Shown: positions 46,793 to 60,123 of the stretch, in pieces
Numbering within the stretch: the stretch's first letter is position 1
Layout of the letters: every line of letters begins with the position of its first letter
Assembly: GCF_004010195.1 (NCBI RefSeq)
Contig: NC_057752.1
Coordinates: 10,010,512 to 10,073,151, forward strand
Origin: Chiloscyllium plagiosum
Lineage: Eukaryota
Length of the DNA: 62,640 nt
Direction: 5' to 3'
The notes under the pieces: generated by a model
What the model was told of the DNA's origin: nothing
What the model saw: only the letters and a program-made list of their open reading frames with translations
Database searches by the model: none
Translations under genes and position numbers: made by a program

Positions 46793-47280
46793 GAGTGTGG
46801 TGCTGGAAAAGCACAGCAGGTCGTGCAGCATCCGAGAAGCAGGAAAATCGACTTTTCGGGCAGGAGCCCTTAATCAGGAATGAGGCTTGTGAGCCGAGAG
46901 GGTGGAGAGAAACTGGATTTCACTCGTCTCCTCATTTCCCCTCCCCCCACCTTATCCCAGTTCCAACCTTCAAACTCGGCCCTCATGATCTGTCCTACCA
47001 GTCCATCTTCCTTCCCACCTGTCCGTTTTACCTTCCTCTCCGACCTATCACCATCATCCCCACTTCCATCTCCCTATTGCACTCTCAGCTACCTTCCTCT
47101 CAGCCCCACTCCCTCCCATTTATCTCTCCACCCCCTCAGCTCACAAGCCTCATTCCTGATGAAGGGCTCTTGCCCGAAACATCGATTTGCCTGCTCCTCA
47201 GATGCTGCCTGACCTGCTGTGCTTTTCCAGCACTCCACTCTCAACTCTAATCTCCAGCATCTGCAGTCCTTACTTTCCCC
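46793..47280. mobile_element. Penelope-like element with inverted pLTRs inside Gypsy pol
   Basis: About 46795-46900 is inverted relative to about 47135-47240. A hammerhead core CTGATGA lies at 47156. Confidence 0.85.
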
Positions 47281-47366
47281 TACAATCAGTGGGACCTGAA
47301 GAGTCTGGAACCAAAGTTGTACCCTTAATCTGTAAAGGTTCCCCGGTATAGATTCTTAGTCTAGCT

Positions 47367-47685
47367 GTGGGCGGCACGGTGGCACAGTGGTTAGCACTGC
47401 TGCCTCACAGCGCCAGAGACCAGGGTTCAATTCCCGCCTCAGGCGACTGACTGTGTGGAGTTTGCACGTTCTCCCCGTGTCTGCGTGGGTTTCCTCCGGG
47501 TGCTCCGGTTTCCTCCCACATCACAAAGATGTGCAGGGTCAGGTGAATTGGCCATACTAAATTGCCCGTAGTGTTAGGTAATGGGTAAATGTAGGGTTAT
47601 GGGTGGGTTTCGCTTCGGCGGGTCGGTGTGGACTTGTTGGGCCGAAGGGCCTGTTTCTACACTGTAATCTAATCTAATCTAATCT
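47367..47685 (+). mobile_element. HE1-type V-SINE, full length and young
   Basis: It has the head GGGCGGCACGGTGGCACAGTGG, a GGTTCAATTCC B box, the V core and an (AATCT)4 tail. Confidence 0.93.
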
Positions 47686-48912
47686 GAGGCCTAACGCAAA
47701 CATAAGGATTGGATTCCAGAGTGAATTTCGTTAAAGACAGGTTCTGAACTCACTGATACAGTATTAACCTCCATTTGAACTGGGTGACCACTTAACCAGA
47801 TGATTATTTTGCTTGGTTCTGATTTGGATGTTGCTAAGCAACTTAACTGTTGCAAACTACTTGGAGGTGTGCTTTCCAGGGCGTGCATTCTCCAGGATAG
47901 CGGCCTATGTGTTCACTTACTCAATTCAGAATGAGACTCCACTACCGGGACTCTTTTGCTGTCTGGAATCTGCACACTGGCAGCAACGATAATGGCTTGC
48001 TGGCGTACATTCTGAAGAACACGTCAACCGTTTGGCTGAGGCTTGGTTTTGTTTTGGGGTTTTGCTGTGCGCTGACCGAGAGTCCCTCTGTTCAGGATAT
48101 GTCCTGAGTGAAGCTGTGCAGTGGTCTTCACTCAAGTGTGGTCCCCAAGTTCAGTCAGACTGGCGAGGGTGTCCACTTCCATTGGAATACCCTGCAAATC
48201 ATATGCTCCACTTGCTGCATTCTCCAATGACAAAGCCAGTTGTGGTGCCTGTTTGAAGTCGAGTTGGGCTTCAGCTTGCAGGGACTTTTGTATGGTTACA
48301 TCATTAATCCCACATACCAAATGGTCTCTCAGCATTTCATTACGGGTTAAACCAAAGTCACATGCCTTTTCAAAAATCCCAACACGGAATCCCCTAGTTC
48401 TCAAACTGATGAGTAAAAACTATAGCACCTCAAAGTTAGAGGAGGCTTGGAGTCGTGATATTCCTTAACTAAATCCATCAACTCTTGAAAGGTTTTAGTG
48501 TCTGGTGCCTCAGAGAAAGTTAGGCTCCTAATAATCAAAAAAGCTGCAAGTCCACAAGCTGTCAGGAGAATTACTCATTGCTTTACATCTGCCCCAGTGT
48601 CATCTGCCTGGAAAAATATAATGCATTCTTTCCACATACTGGACCAAGTCTTCAACAGCAGGGTCAAAAGAGTCAAGCTTCCCAAATAAAGGCATGATGC
48701 CAGAAATGTTTACCCCAACTCAAAGATAACTGTTACAAGCAAATTTCGTCAGAAGCACTTTATTTCTGTCATTGCCACTGACATTATTCCACAAAGGCCG
48801 GTATCCTGTCACCAAGTTACCCTTTATTTACATGTGCATAGTACTTGGCACTGGTCCAGCTTCCTCAGAACCAGCTCTCAGAGTGAGCAGACCCTCTGAC
48901 ACTCCTGTTTAT

Positions 48913-49167
48913 TTTTTATTTGTGACAGGAGGTCTGACATTCCTGTTTATTATTTTTCTTTTTTAAAACTTTTCCCCACACTACCGCCTAACAGGAGTAG
49001 TGCTTATTTTTCCCCAGCACCCATGTCGTGTGTGTGCAGGTGTAGGACATAGTGAAGAACAACAAGTGCATAAATCTTTATTTATATTCCACCACCAGGA
49101 AGAAAGGAAACACCAGACTGGCCAGTGACAAGCAGTGCCTTTCTCGACAAAGGGCAATGCTGCGTGA
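48913..49167 (-). mobile_element. Two stacked 5'-truncated Tx1-type 3' ends inside the Gypsy 5' LTR
   Basis: The target GACA(C/T)T(C/T)CTGTTTAT appears three times: 48898-48912, 48936-48950 and 49168-49182. The longer insert has GGTGGAATATAAATAAAG on the minus strand, like the unit C 3' end. Both have A-rich tails. Confidence 0.75.
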
Positions 49168-49549
49168 GACACTTCTGTTTATGTCTGTCAGTGAGGGCTC
49201 CCTGATTGGATCAGGTTAACAGCCCCAATCAGAGAACTCATATTCTATGAGGTCCACCAGGCTGACCTCGTTACAATGACTACACATCCACAATTGAAAT
49301 GTAATAGAGCAGAGCAAAAGTTGATTAAATTGCAAGAGCTTCAAGGAGAAGGCAGGTGAATGTGGCTGAGAAACATATCAGCCAGGACAGTATGGGGCAA
49401 GAATCGCTTAATTCTGCTCTTATATCTTATGGTCAATTTACCAGGTTAGTCAGATTTATCCTCCCAATCACTCAGGGCATCACATTTCCAGGCAAATGTA
49501 CAACATGCTTTTGATAGAAGAACAAATGCTGAGATCTAAAAATCTTCAC

Positions 49550-52500
49550 AGCCATAGAGTCATAGAGATGTACAGCATGGAAACAGACCCTTCAGTCCAA
49601 CTTGTCCATGCTGACCCAGATATCCCAACCCAATCTGGTCCCACCTGCCAGCACCCGGCCCATATCCCTCCAAACCTTTCCTATTCATACAGCCACCCAG
49701 ATGCCTTTAAAATATTGCAATTGTACCAGCCTCCACCACTTCCTCTGGCAGCTCATTCCAAACACACACCACCCTCTGCATGAAAAAGTTGCCCTTTAGG
49801 TCTCTTTTATATCTTTCCCCTCTCACCCTAAACCTATGCCCCCTAGTTCTGCACTCCCCCATTCCATGGGAAGAGACTTTGTCTATTTACCTGATCCATA
49901 CCCATCAGGATTTTATAAACCTCCATAAGGTCACTATGAACCTGCACTCCAAGGTCTCTTTGTTTAGCAACACTCTCCAGGACCTTACCATTAAGTGTAT
50001 AAGTCCTGCTAAGATTTGCTTTCCCAAAAATGCAGCACCTCACATTTATCTAAACTAAACTCCATCTGCCACTTCTCAGTCCATTGGCCCATCTGATCAA
50101 GATCCCGTTGTAATCTGCGATAACCTTCTTTGCTGTCCACTACACCTCCAATTTTGGTGTCATCTGCAAACTTACTAACTGTACCTCTTATGCTCGCATC
50201 CAAATCATTTACGTAAATGATGGAAAATAGTTGACCCAGCACTGATCCTTGTGGCACTCCACTGGTCACAGGCCTCCAGTCTGAAAAACAACCCTCCACC
50301 ACCACCCTCTGTCTTCTACCTTTGATCCAGTTCTGCATCCAAATAGCTAGTTCTCCCTGTATTTTGTGAGATCTAACCTTGCTAACCAGTCTCCCCTGGG
50401 GTATCTTACTGATGTCCATATAGATCACGTCCACTGCTCTGCCCTCACCAATCCTCTTTATTCCTTCTTCAAAAAACTCAATCAAGTTTGTGAGACAAGA
50501 TTTTCCACACACAAAGCAATGTTGACTATCTCTAATCAGTCCTTGCCTTTCCAAACACATGTACATCCTGTCCCTCACAATTCCCTCCAACAACTTGCCC
50601 ACCACTGATGTCAGGCTCACTGGTCTATAGTTCCCTGGCTTGTCCTTACTACCCTTCTTAAACAGTGGCACCATGTTAGCCAACCTACGGTCTTTCGGCA
50701 CCTCACCTTTGACTACCGATGATACAAATATCTCAGCAAGAGGCCGAGCAATCACTTCCCTAGCTTTCCACAGAGTTCTTAGGGTACACCTGATCAGGTC
50801 CTGGGGATTTATCCACTTTTATGTGTTTCAAGACATCCAGCACTTCCTCCTCTGTAATATGGACATTTTTCAAGATATCACCATCTATTTCCCCACATTC
50901 TATATCTTCCATGTCCTTTTCCACAGTAAATACTGATGAAAAATGCTCGTTTAGTATCTCCCCCATCTTCTGCGGCTCCACACAAAGACCACCTTGTTGA
51001 TCTTTGAGGGGCCCTATTCTCTCCCTAGTTACCCTTTTGTCCTTAATGTATTTGTAAAAACCCTTTGGATTCTCCTTAACTCTATTTGCCAAAGCTATCT
51101 CATGTTCCCTTTTTGCCCTCCTCATTTCCCTCAAGTATACTCCTTTATACTCTTCTAAGGATTCACTTGATCTATCCTGTCTACACCTGACATATACTTC
51201 CTTCTTTTTCTTAACCAACACCTCAATTTCTCTCATCATCCAGCATTCCCTTTATCTACCAGCCTTCCCTTTCACCCTAACAGGAATATACTGTCTCTGG
51301 ACTCTTGTTATCTCATTTCTGAAGGCTTCCCATTTTCCAGCCGTCCCTTTACCTGCAAACATCTGCCCCCACTTAGCGTTTGAAAGTTCTTGCCTAATAC
51401 CGTCAAAATTGGCCTTCCTCCAATTTAGAACTTCAACTTTTAGATCTGGTCTATTCTTTTCCATCACTATTTTAAATCTAACTGAATTATGGTCGCTGGC
51501 CCCAAAGTGCTCCCCCACTGACACCTCAGTCACCTGCCCTGCCTTATTTCCCAAGAGTAGGTCAAGTTTTGCACCTTCTCTAGTAGGTACATCCACAAAC
51601 TGAATCAGAACATTTTCTTGTACATACTTAACAAATTCCTCTCCATCTAAACCCTGAACACTATGGTAGTCCCAGTTTATGTTTGGAAAGTTAAAATCCC
51701 CTACCATAATCACCCTAGTATTCTTACAGATAGCTGAGATCTCCTTACAAATGTGTTTCTCAATTTCCCTCTGACTATTCAGGGATCTATAATACAATCC
51801 CAATAACGTGATCATCCCTTTCTTATTTTGCAGTTCCATCCAAATAACTTCCCTGGATATATTCCCAAGAATATCCTCCCTAACTACAGCAGTAATGCTA
51901 TCCCTTCTCAAAAATGCAACTCCCCCTCCTCTCCTGCCCCTTTTCTATCCTTTCCCATAACATTTGTATCCTGGAACATTAAGCTGCCAGTCCTGTCCAT
52001 CCCTGAGCCATGTTTCTGTTATTGATATGATATCCTAGTTCCATGTTCCTAACCATGCCCTGAGTTAATCTGCCTTCCCTGTTAGGCCTCTTGCATTAAA
52101 TAAAAGCAGTTTAATTTATCAGTCCTACCCTGTTCTCTGCTTTGTCCCTGCCTGCCCTGACTGTTTGACTCACTTCTTTTATCAACTGTACCAGTCTCAG
52201 ATTGATCTCTTTCCTCACTATCTCCCTGGGTCCCACACCCCCACCTTACGAATTTAAATCCTCCTGAGCAGCTTTTGTAAATCTCCCTGCTGGTATGTTA
52301 GTCCCCTTCCAGTTCAGATGCAATCCGTCCTTCTTGTACAGGTCACTTCTACCCCCAAAAGAGATTCCAATGATCCAAAAATGTGAATCCTTCTCCCATA
52401 CACCAGCTCCTCAGCCATGTATTCATCTGCTCTATCCTCCTAATCCTGCCCTCACTAGCTCGTAGCACCGGGAGTAATGCAGATATTACAACCCTTGAGG

Positions 52501-53530
52501 ACCTCCTTTTTAAATTCCTGCTCGGAATTCTCTGTAATCTCCCTTCAGAATCTCAACCTTTTCTCTTCCTATGTCATTGGTTCCAACGTGTGCAATGACC
52601 TCCTGCTGGGCCCTGTCCCTCTTGAGAAAATTCTACCCCCTCTCTGAGACATCCTTGGTCCTGTCACCAGGGAGGCAACATACCATTCTGAATTTTCACT
52701 GCTGGCCACAGAAACGTCTGTCTCTGCCTCACACTAGAGAGTCCCCAAACACAATCGATCTCTTGGAACCTGATGTACACCTCATTACATTAGAGCCAGT
52801 CTCAATACCAGAAACTTGGCTATTCGCACTATGTTCCCCCAAGAATCCATCAACTCCTACATTTTCCAAAGCAGCATACTTGTTTGAAATGGGAATAGTC
52901 ACAGAGGACTCCTGCACTAACTGCCTACCTCTCCTAACTTTCCTGGAGTAAACCCATTTATGTGACTGTATCTGCAACTTTTCTCCCTTCCTATAACTGG
53001 CATCCATCACATCCCCTTGCTGCTGTAAATTCCTCAGTGCCTCTAACTGTCTCTCCAACTGATCATTCAATCTGATAGGAATCGCAAGCAATGGCATTTA
53101 TTGCAGATATAATCCTCAGTAACATGTAAACTCTCCCTAAATGCCCACAATTCAACAAAAAGAGCATATCACTCTACTCAAGGCCATTTTTGCTTCTTTC
53201 AATCTACAGACCCAGAAAATAGCCCCGTCTTATTCTTCTACAAAATACTGCTCCCGGCTAACTTAATACTTATGGCTTATTAATACTTATAAAACATATA
53301 ATCAGGAAAGAGCCCACTCTACTCACTACTGCAGACTTACTTAAGGCCACACTTAAAAATATCCACTTATCTGTTTCTGTGCTATGATCTCTCCCAAACA
53401 GGTTCCTCCAAGATTAGTTGTGAATTTCACTGTTTGCTAATTTTCCCAGATGCACTCCGATGTCCAGTGGTACATGAATTCAAACAGCAAAGGTGGTAAC
53501 TGTGCAGGTTCACTGCCCTGTCAGTTAGCA
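49550..53530 (-). mobile_element. Near full-length CR1 LINE with an internal deletion near the 3' end
   Basis: ORFs are 52729-53097 (ORF1), 51252-51911 (APE), 50760-51239 and 50009-50755 ([18 protein letters not shown]). A (CTCTATGA)n tail lies at about 49552-49567. Confidence 0.93.
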
Positions 53531-54599
53531 GTGTGGGCCCTTTTGAGGAAGGCAAATTTTCTTCTCATCTTTGAAATTTACTTGAGAATGTAAGGATCTG
53601 AGCTTTGTTGAACTCATTATCCTCAGTGTTGTAGTTTTCCTTCGAGAATTGTAAGACCACCATTTTGCCATTCAGGATCCATCACACTAGGTACACTTTA
53701 CCCTCCACATATCATGAGGGGTTGAAGGTTTTTGACATCCCTTTCAATGTCTACAATTTGCTGGATCTTATTCTGAAAGAATCTAAGGTGGGCGAATTTG
53801 TATCCTGCTGTGATGTTAAAGTTGTCTTAGCTAAAATAAGGGTGAAAGAAACAAAACAAAATAAAATCATCTAATTTGTTAGAGGTGTTCTCAAAGCAGT
53901 GTACAGCAATTGAACATCTAATTTGTCTTGAGGTATCAACAAAGCAAAGTCAATGTTCTGAGAAGCAAAACAACTAATGCTCTAAGTTCTCTGATGTCAG
54001 CTCGTTGCAAGTGTTAAACTGTCTCAGCCCCTCAAGCGTTAGCTCTTATTTCTTGATCAAACAAAAATGAATGGACAAAACAGGGAGGCAAAAAATTAAA
54101 GGATGTTAAAAGTCAATGATTGAATTGTGTGGCTCACATTACAGAAATCCATTAAATTCCTTATAAGTGAGTAATCAAACTCAGGGGCAATGAAAATGTG
54201 GAATTGGATAAAAGTGATGCTGATGCATCGAGGAATGGTGACCAGACACATAATTGGAGCAGAGTAAGGAATGTCACGCTCCAGATGACTTGGGAGTGTT
54301 TGATTTAAGAAGCACTAAACTCTGTCCTTTATATATATATATATGCCTACAGTTTTGCATTGAGGGAATCTTCTGTCACTACTGGGAGAAAACTGAGCAA
54401 ACTTCATTCAGGAGACAACTTGTGTTTTACCTGACTTGATGCTGCATCAGACTTTCCCTGCTCCTGTGCCTTCTATCAACGTTACTAACTTTTACCTTGA
54501 GCACAGCCTTCAACAAAATAGCAACTTCAAGAATGCTTTAAGGTTGGCCATTATTGCAATGGAGCTTTTAATCCTGTTTTCATGGGAATGTTAAATATA

Positions 54600-55200
54600 C
54601 AAAAGAACAACATGCATTGGCAATGTGCCTCGAACATCCAAACAGGTCCCATAGCACTTCAGAGAGGAAGGAAAAACTGATGTCAAGCCTTTGAGAGAAA
54701 CAAGACCATTGCCTCATGATGTGTTTAAAGAGAAGTTTTTAAGGGGAAGAGTGAGAGTAGAAAATACAGATAAACATTCAGAGGACTGGAGGGAAATAAG
54801 AACCACAAAGTTACACAGATAGGATGGGGGGAGGACTTGTCGTTGAAAGGTAGGATTTCAAATGCGGTTAAGAGGGACAAGAAGCCATTATGGAAGTGGC
54901 AGAGGTTTAAACAATGTAGAATTAAGTTGAGAATTCACCTAGTCGAGAAATCTGACATTTTGCTCGATCTGATTCAGCCTGAGTATGTGATTCAGGAGAA
55001 GGATGGAGATAGAGCTGAGGCAGACACTGAAACCAATGGCTTCACTCTTCCTAATATTGCTGCAAGTAGCTCTGTCTTGGTACTTAATGACGGTAGCATA
55101 GAAGTAGTCTTCGAGTCTGGCTGGGGATGCTTTCTTTGTCAGAGCTGGCAGTGATTTCAGTACAAATAAAGACTAAACCTGGACTATTCCAGCAGAGTCA
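54600..55200 (-). mobile_element. Very old L2-like LINE 3' portion
   Basis: It shows weak similarity to L2 3' ends on the minus strand. There is no ORF. Confidence 0.4.
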
Positions 55201-56772
55201 GATGGAATGAAAGACTTATGTTACATTCGAGACTGGAGATTCACATTGGATAAAGAGGAATTCCATGTATTTAGAAAATTGACAACACAATGAAGAGAGC
55301 ATACTAAATTTTGCGTATGCCCAAACAATATGTCAGACAATGTGCTTTCATTAAGCTAATGGATGAGCGGCACTGGCTGCGGAAGTCAAGTTGTCTGTGC
55401 ATAAACTGTTGCCATTGCTGACAGCCTCTCATCTTCTGTATCACCGCAACAATCGTTCCATAGTCAGGAGATTGAAATGGGCACTGTTAAGATTGTATGT
55501 TTTTACTTTTCTGTATTTTTGATTGTGGACTGAAATGGGTAAAGGACTGTTTTAAAAACCAAGGACTATTGAAGGATTGCTGCACCTTTTAAAGGCAAGT
55601 AACCTGACACTCTGTACATGCTGTTTACACAGCTGTGTGTCCATGCAGTGGTGAATGCCTAGTTTGCAGAAAATTGGAGCCAAAGCGTGTGTACGAATGT
55701 AGCTTTGACTGGCAACAAGTAGCAGATCGATCTGTGGACGAGTGACCAGTTATCGATGACAAAGTCCTTCTGCCCGACAACAACTATGTGATTGGTTCCC
55801 AGGAGCCACAAACTCCTCAGCATCACGGATGCTCCAAAGTGAGTCCATCCGCAGCTTTTGTTAGATCACATGATGGCTCTGGAGCTGCGGACAGACTCAC
55901 TTTGGAGTATACGCTATGCTGAGGAGGTATTGGATAGCACATTTAGCAAATTGGTCACACCACAGATTAAGATTGCTGAGGGAGACAGTGAATGGGTGAC
56001 CAAAAGACAAAGAAAGAGTAGGAAGGCAGTGCAGGTGTCCCCTGCGGTCATCTCCCTCCAAAACAGGTATACCATCTCCAAAACAGGTATACCATTTTGG
56101 ATACTGTTGGGGGAAGATGGCTCACCAGGGGAAGGCAGCATGGCCAGGTTCATGGCACCATGGCTGGCTCTGCTGTTCAGAAGGGCAGGAAAAAGAGTGG
56201 AAGGGATATAGTCAATTGAGATTCAATTGTAAGGGGAGTAGATAGGCAGTTCTGTGGTCAAAAATGAGAATCTCCAATGGTATGTTGCTCCCAGGTGCAC
56301 GGGTCAGGGATGTCTCAGATCGGCTGCAGAACATTCTGAAGGGGGAGGGTGAATAGCCAGTTGTCGTGGTGCATATAGGCACCAATGACAAAGGTAAAAA
56401 AAAGGGATGAGGTCCTACAAGCAGAATTTAGGGAGTTAGGAGCCAAGTTAAAAAGTAGGACCTCACTGGTAGTAATCTCAGGGTCACTACCAGTGCCATG
56501 TGCTAGTCAGTAGAAATGAAAGAATAGGCAGGATGAATGCATGGGTTGAAAGATGGTGCAGGAGGGAGGGGTTCAGATTTTTGGGACATTGGGACTGGTT
56601 CTGGGGGAGGTGGGACTATTACAAATTGGAAGGTCTACACCTGGGCCGGACTGGAACCAATGTCCTTGGAGTGCTTTTGCTAATGCTGTTGGGGAAGGTT
56701 TAAACTAATGTGGCAAGGGGTCGCAAACCAAATGAGGAGGTTAGTGGACAGTCAGGAGGTAGTAACTAAAGC

Positions 56773-57172
56773 TGAAAATGTGTTGCTGGAAAAGCGCAGC
56801 AGGTCAGGCAGCATCCAAGGAGCAGGAGAATCGATGTTTCGGGCATGAGGCCTTCTTCAGGAATCAAGCCCGAAATGTCGATTCTCCTGCTCCTTGGATG
56901 CTGCCTGACCTGCTGCGCTTTTTTAGATTAGATTATATTACAGTGTGGGAACAGGCCCTTCGGCCCAACAAGTCCACACCGACCCGTCGAAGCGAAACCC
57001 ACCCACACCCCCACACTTACCCCTTACCTAACACTACGGGCAATTTAGCATGGCCAATTCACCTGACCCTGCACATCTTTGGACTGTGGGAGGAAACCGG
57101 AGCACCCGGAGGAAACCCACGCAACACATTTTCAGCTCTGATCTCCAGCATCTGCAGTCCTCACTTTCTCCT
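56773..57172. mobile_element. Penelope pLTR fold-back with a nested V-SINE fragment (56924-57122, minus)
   Basis: A 16-bp TSD AGGTAGTAACTAAAGC lies at 56757-56772 and 57173-57188. Confidence 0.88.
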
Positions 57173-57291
57173 AGGTAGTAACTAAAGCCTGTAAGGAACT
57201 AGATCATGATGTCAGCCTGACTAAGGGAAAGAGTAGGCAGGCAGCAGATGATGAACCCCAGGGGACAGATGGTCTGAGGTGCATTGGTTTT

Positions 57292-58250
57292 ATGGCTTTG
57301 TGTGTGAGAAATCATGTCTCACAAACTTGATTGAGTTTTTTGAAGAAGTAACAAAGAGACTTGATGAGGGCAGAGCAGTAGATGTGATCTATATGGGCTT
57401 CAGTAAGGTGTTCGACAAGGTTCCCCATGGGAGACTGATTAGCAAGGTTAGATCTCACGGAATACAGGGAGAACTAGCCACTTGGATACAGAACTGGCTC
57501 AAAGGTAGAAGACAGAGGGCGGTGGTGGAGGGTTGTTTTTCAGACTGGAGGCCTGTGACCAGTGGAGTGCCACAAGGATCGATGCTGGGTCCTCTACTTT
57601 TTGTCATTTATATAAATGATTTGGATGCGAACATAAGAGGTACAGTTAGTAAGTTTGCAGATGACACCAAAATTGGAGGTGTAGTGGACAGTGAAGAGGG
57701 TTACCTCAGATTACAACAGGATCTNNNNNNNNNNNNNNNNNNNNNNNNNNNNNNNNNNNNNNNNNNNNNNNNNNNNNNNNNNNNNNNNNNNNNNNNNNNN
57801 NNNNNNNNNNAGGGAGAGGCTGAACAGGCTGGGGCTGTTTTCCCTGGAGCGTCGGAGGCTGAGGGGTGACCTTATAGAGGTTTACAAAATTATGAGGGGC
57901 ATGGATAGAGTAAATAGGCAAAGTGCTTTCCCTGGGGTCGGGGAGTCCAGAACTAGAGGGCATAGGTTTAGGGTGAGAGGGGAAAGATATAAAAGAGACC
58001 TAAGCGGCAATTTTTTCACGCAGAGGGTGGTACATGTATGGAATGAGCTGCAGAGGAAGTGGAGGAGGCTGGTACAATTGCAACATTTAAGAGGCATTTG
58101 GATGGATATATAAATAGGAAGTGTTTGGAGGGATATGGGCCGGGTGCTGGCAAGTGGGACTAGATTGGATTGGGATATCTGGTCGGCATGGACTGGTTGG
58201 ACTGAAGGGTCTGTTTCCATGCTGTATATTTCTATGACTCTATGACTCTA
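57292..58250 (+). mobile_element. Young 5'-truncated CR1 (RT + 3' UTR; contains a gap)
   Basis: ORF 57279-57869 has RT motifs, and the tail is CTATGACTCTATGACTCTA. Confidence 0.92.
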
Positions 58251-59854
58251 AGTGTAGTAGGTAAGGCAGATGAACTTGGATAAGTACCTGGGAGTTTGAT
58301 GTTATTGTCATTACTGAGACTTGGTTGAGGGAAGGGCAAGATTAGGAACTAAATATCCCAGGATATAAATGCTTCAGGTGGGATACAGAGAGAGGTAAAA
58401 GGAGTGGAGGAGTTGCATTACTGGTCAGAGAGGATATCACAGATGTGCTGAAGGAGGGAAGCATGGGGGACTCGAGCAGTGAGGCAATATGGGCAGAGCT
58501 CAGAAATAGGAAGGGTGCGATAACAATGTTGGAGCTGGACTCCCAACAGCGAGCGTGAGATATGGGTGCAAATATGTAAACAGATTATGGAAAGATGCAG
58601 GAGCAACAGGGTGGTGGTGATAGGAGTTTTTAATTTTCTCAACATTGCCTGGGATTCACTTAACGTTACATGTCTAGATGGAGTAGAATTTGTAAGGAAC
58701 ATCCAGGAGGGTTTTATAGAGCAGTATGTAAATAGTCCAACTCGGGAAGGGGCCATACTGGATCTGCTGTTGGGGAATGAGCCCAGCCAGGTGGCTGAGG
58801 TTTCAGCAGGGGATTACTTTGGGAATAGTGATCACAATTCCGTAAGTTTTAGAATACTCATGGACAAAGACGAGAGTGGTCCTAAAGGATGTGTGCTAAA
58901 TTGGGGGAAGGCCAACTATAGCAAAATTCAGCAGGAGCTGGGGAATGTGGATTGGGAGCAGCTGTTTGAAGGTAAATGTGAATGTGAGAGGCTTTTAAAG
59001 AGAGGTTAATTAGAGTGCAGCTCAGACATGTCCCTGTGAAAATGAAGGACAGAAATGGCAAAATTAGGGAACCATGGATGACAGGTGAAATTGTGAGACT
59101 AGCTAAGAGGAAAAAGGAAGCATACATAAGGTTTAGGCAACTGAAAACAGACGAAGCTTTGGAAGAATATTGGGAATGTAGAACCACTCTGAAATGAGGA
59201 ATTAAGAGGGCTAAAAGGGGTCATGAAATATCTTTAGTAAACAGGATTAAGGAAAATCCCAAAGCCTTGTATTCGTATATAAGGAGCAAAAGGGTAACTA
59301 CAGAAAGGGTTGGTCCACTCAAGGACAAAGGAGGAAAGTTATGTGTGGAGTCAGAGAAAATGGGTGATTTCTTAATGAGTACTTCGCATTGGTATTCACC
59401 GAGGAGAGGAACATAACGGATGTTGAGGTTAGGGATCAATGTTTGATCACTCCTGGTCAAGTCAGCATAAGGAGGGAGGAAGTGTTGGGTATTCTAAAAG
59501 GCATTATGGTAAACAAGTCCCCAGGTCCAGATGGGATCTATCCCAGGTTACTGAGGGAAACAAGAGAGAAAATAGCTGGGGCCTTAACAGATGTCTTTGC
59601 AGTATTCTTGAACACAGGAGAGGTCCCAGAGGATTGGAGAATTGCTAATGTTTTCCCCTTGTTTAAGAAGGATAGCAGGGATAATCCAGGTAATTATAGA
59701 CAGGTGAACCTGACGTCAGTGGTAGGGAAGTTGCTGGAGAAGATACTGAGGGATAGGATCTATTTACATTTGGAAGAAAATGGGGCTTATCAGTGATAGG
59801 CAACATGGTTTTGTGCAGGGAAGGTCATGCCTTACCAACTTAATAGAATTCTTT

Positions 59855-60123
59855 GGGGCAGCACTGCTGCCTCACAGCCTCGGGCGACCGTCAGCGTGGA
59901 GTTTTCTCCCTGTGTCTGCATGGGTTTCCTCCGGGTGCTCTGGTTTCCTCCCACAGTCCAAAGATGTGCAGGTCAGGTGAATTGGCCATGCTAAATTGCC
60001 CATAGTGTTAGGCACATTAGTCAGAGGGAAATAGGTCTGGGTGGGTTACTCTTTGGAGGGTCGGTGTGGACTGGTTGGGCTGACGGGTCTGTTTCCACAC
60101 TGTAGGGAATCTAATCTAATCTA
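59855..60123 (+). mobile_element. V-SINE (partly deleted)
   Basis: It has the V core and an (AATCT)n tail, and interrupts CR1 between LIEFF and KVTKLIDEG. Confidence 0.88.

Larger units (their letters stand above)
44750..49284 (-). mobile_element. Decayed Gypsy LTR retrotransposon: 5' LTR 48779-49284, 3' LTR about 44750-44941; gag, protease, RNase H and integrase remnants; RT core missing
   Basis: Remnants are gag EMLRDHLVCGIND..IQKSL, protease VQMEVNT, RNase H KYTQIHKEG..VIFGV.TFHQYLYG..F..VTDHKPL, and integrase C..C and Y.TTP.ASTG.APAELLMGR. A PBS-like TGGCAATGA (48769-48777, minus) adjoins the LTR, and the two LTRs are direct repeats. Confidence 0.9.

Noticed and set aside
47367..47445. 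tRNA gene
   Set aside because: The A/B boxes belong to a V-SINE head that continues into the V core and tail.
44745..49289. TSD for the Gypsy element (GATTC versus CATCC)
   Set aside because: Only 3 of 5 bases match, so it is not used as evidence.
50009..51911. Active CR1 ORF2
   Set aside because: It is broken into three frames by stops and frameshifts and has an internal deletion near the 3' end.
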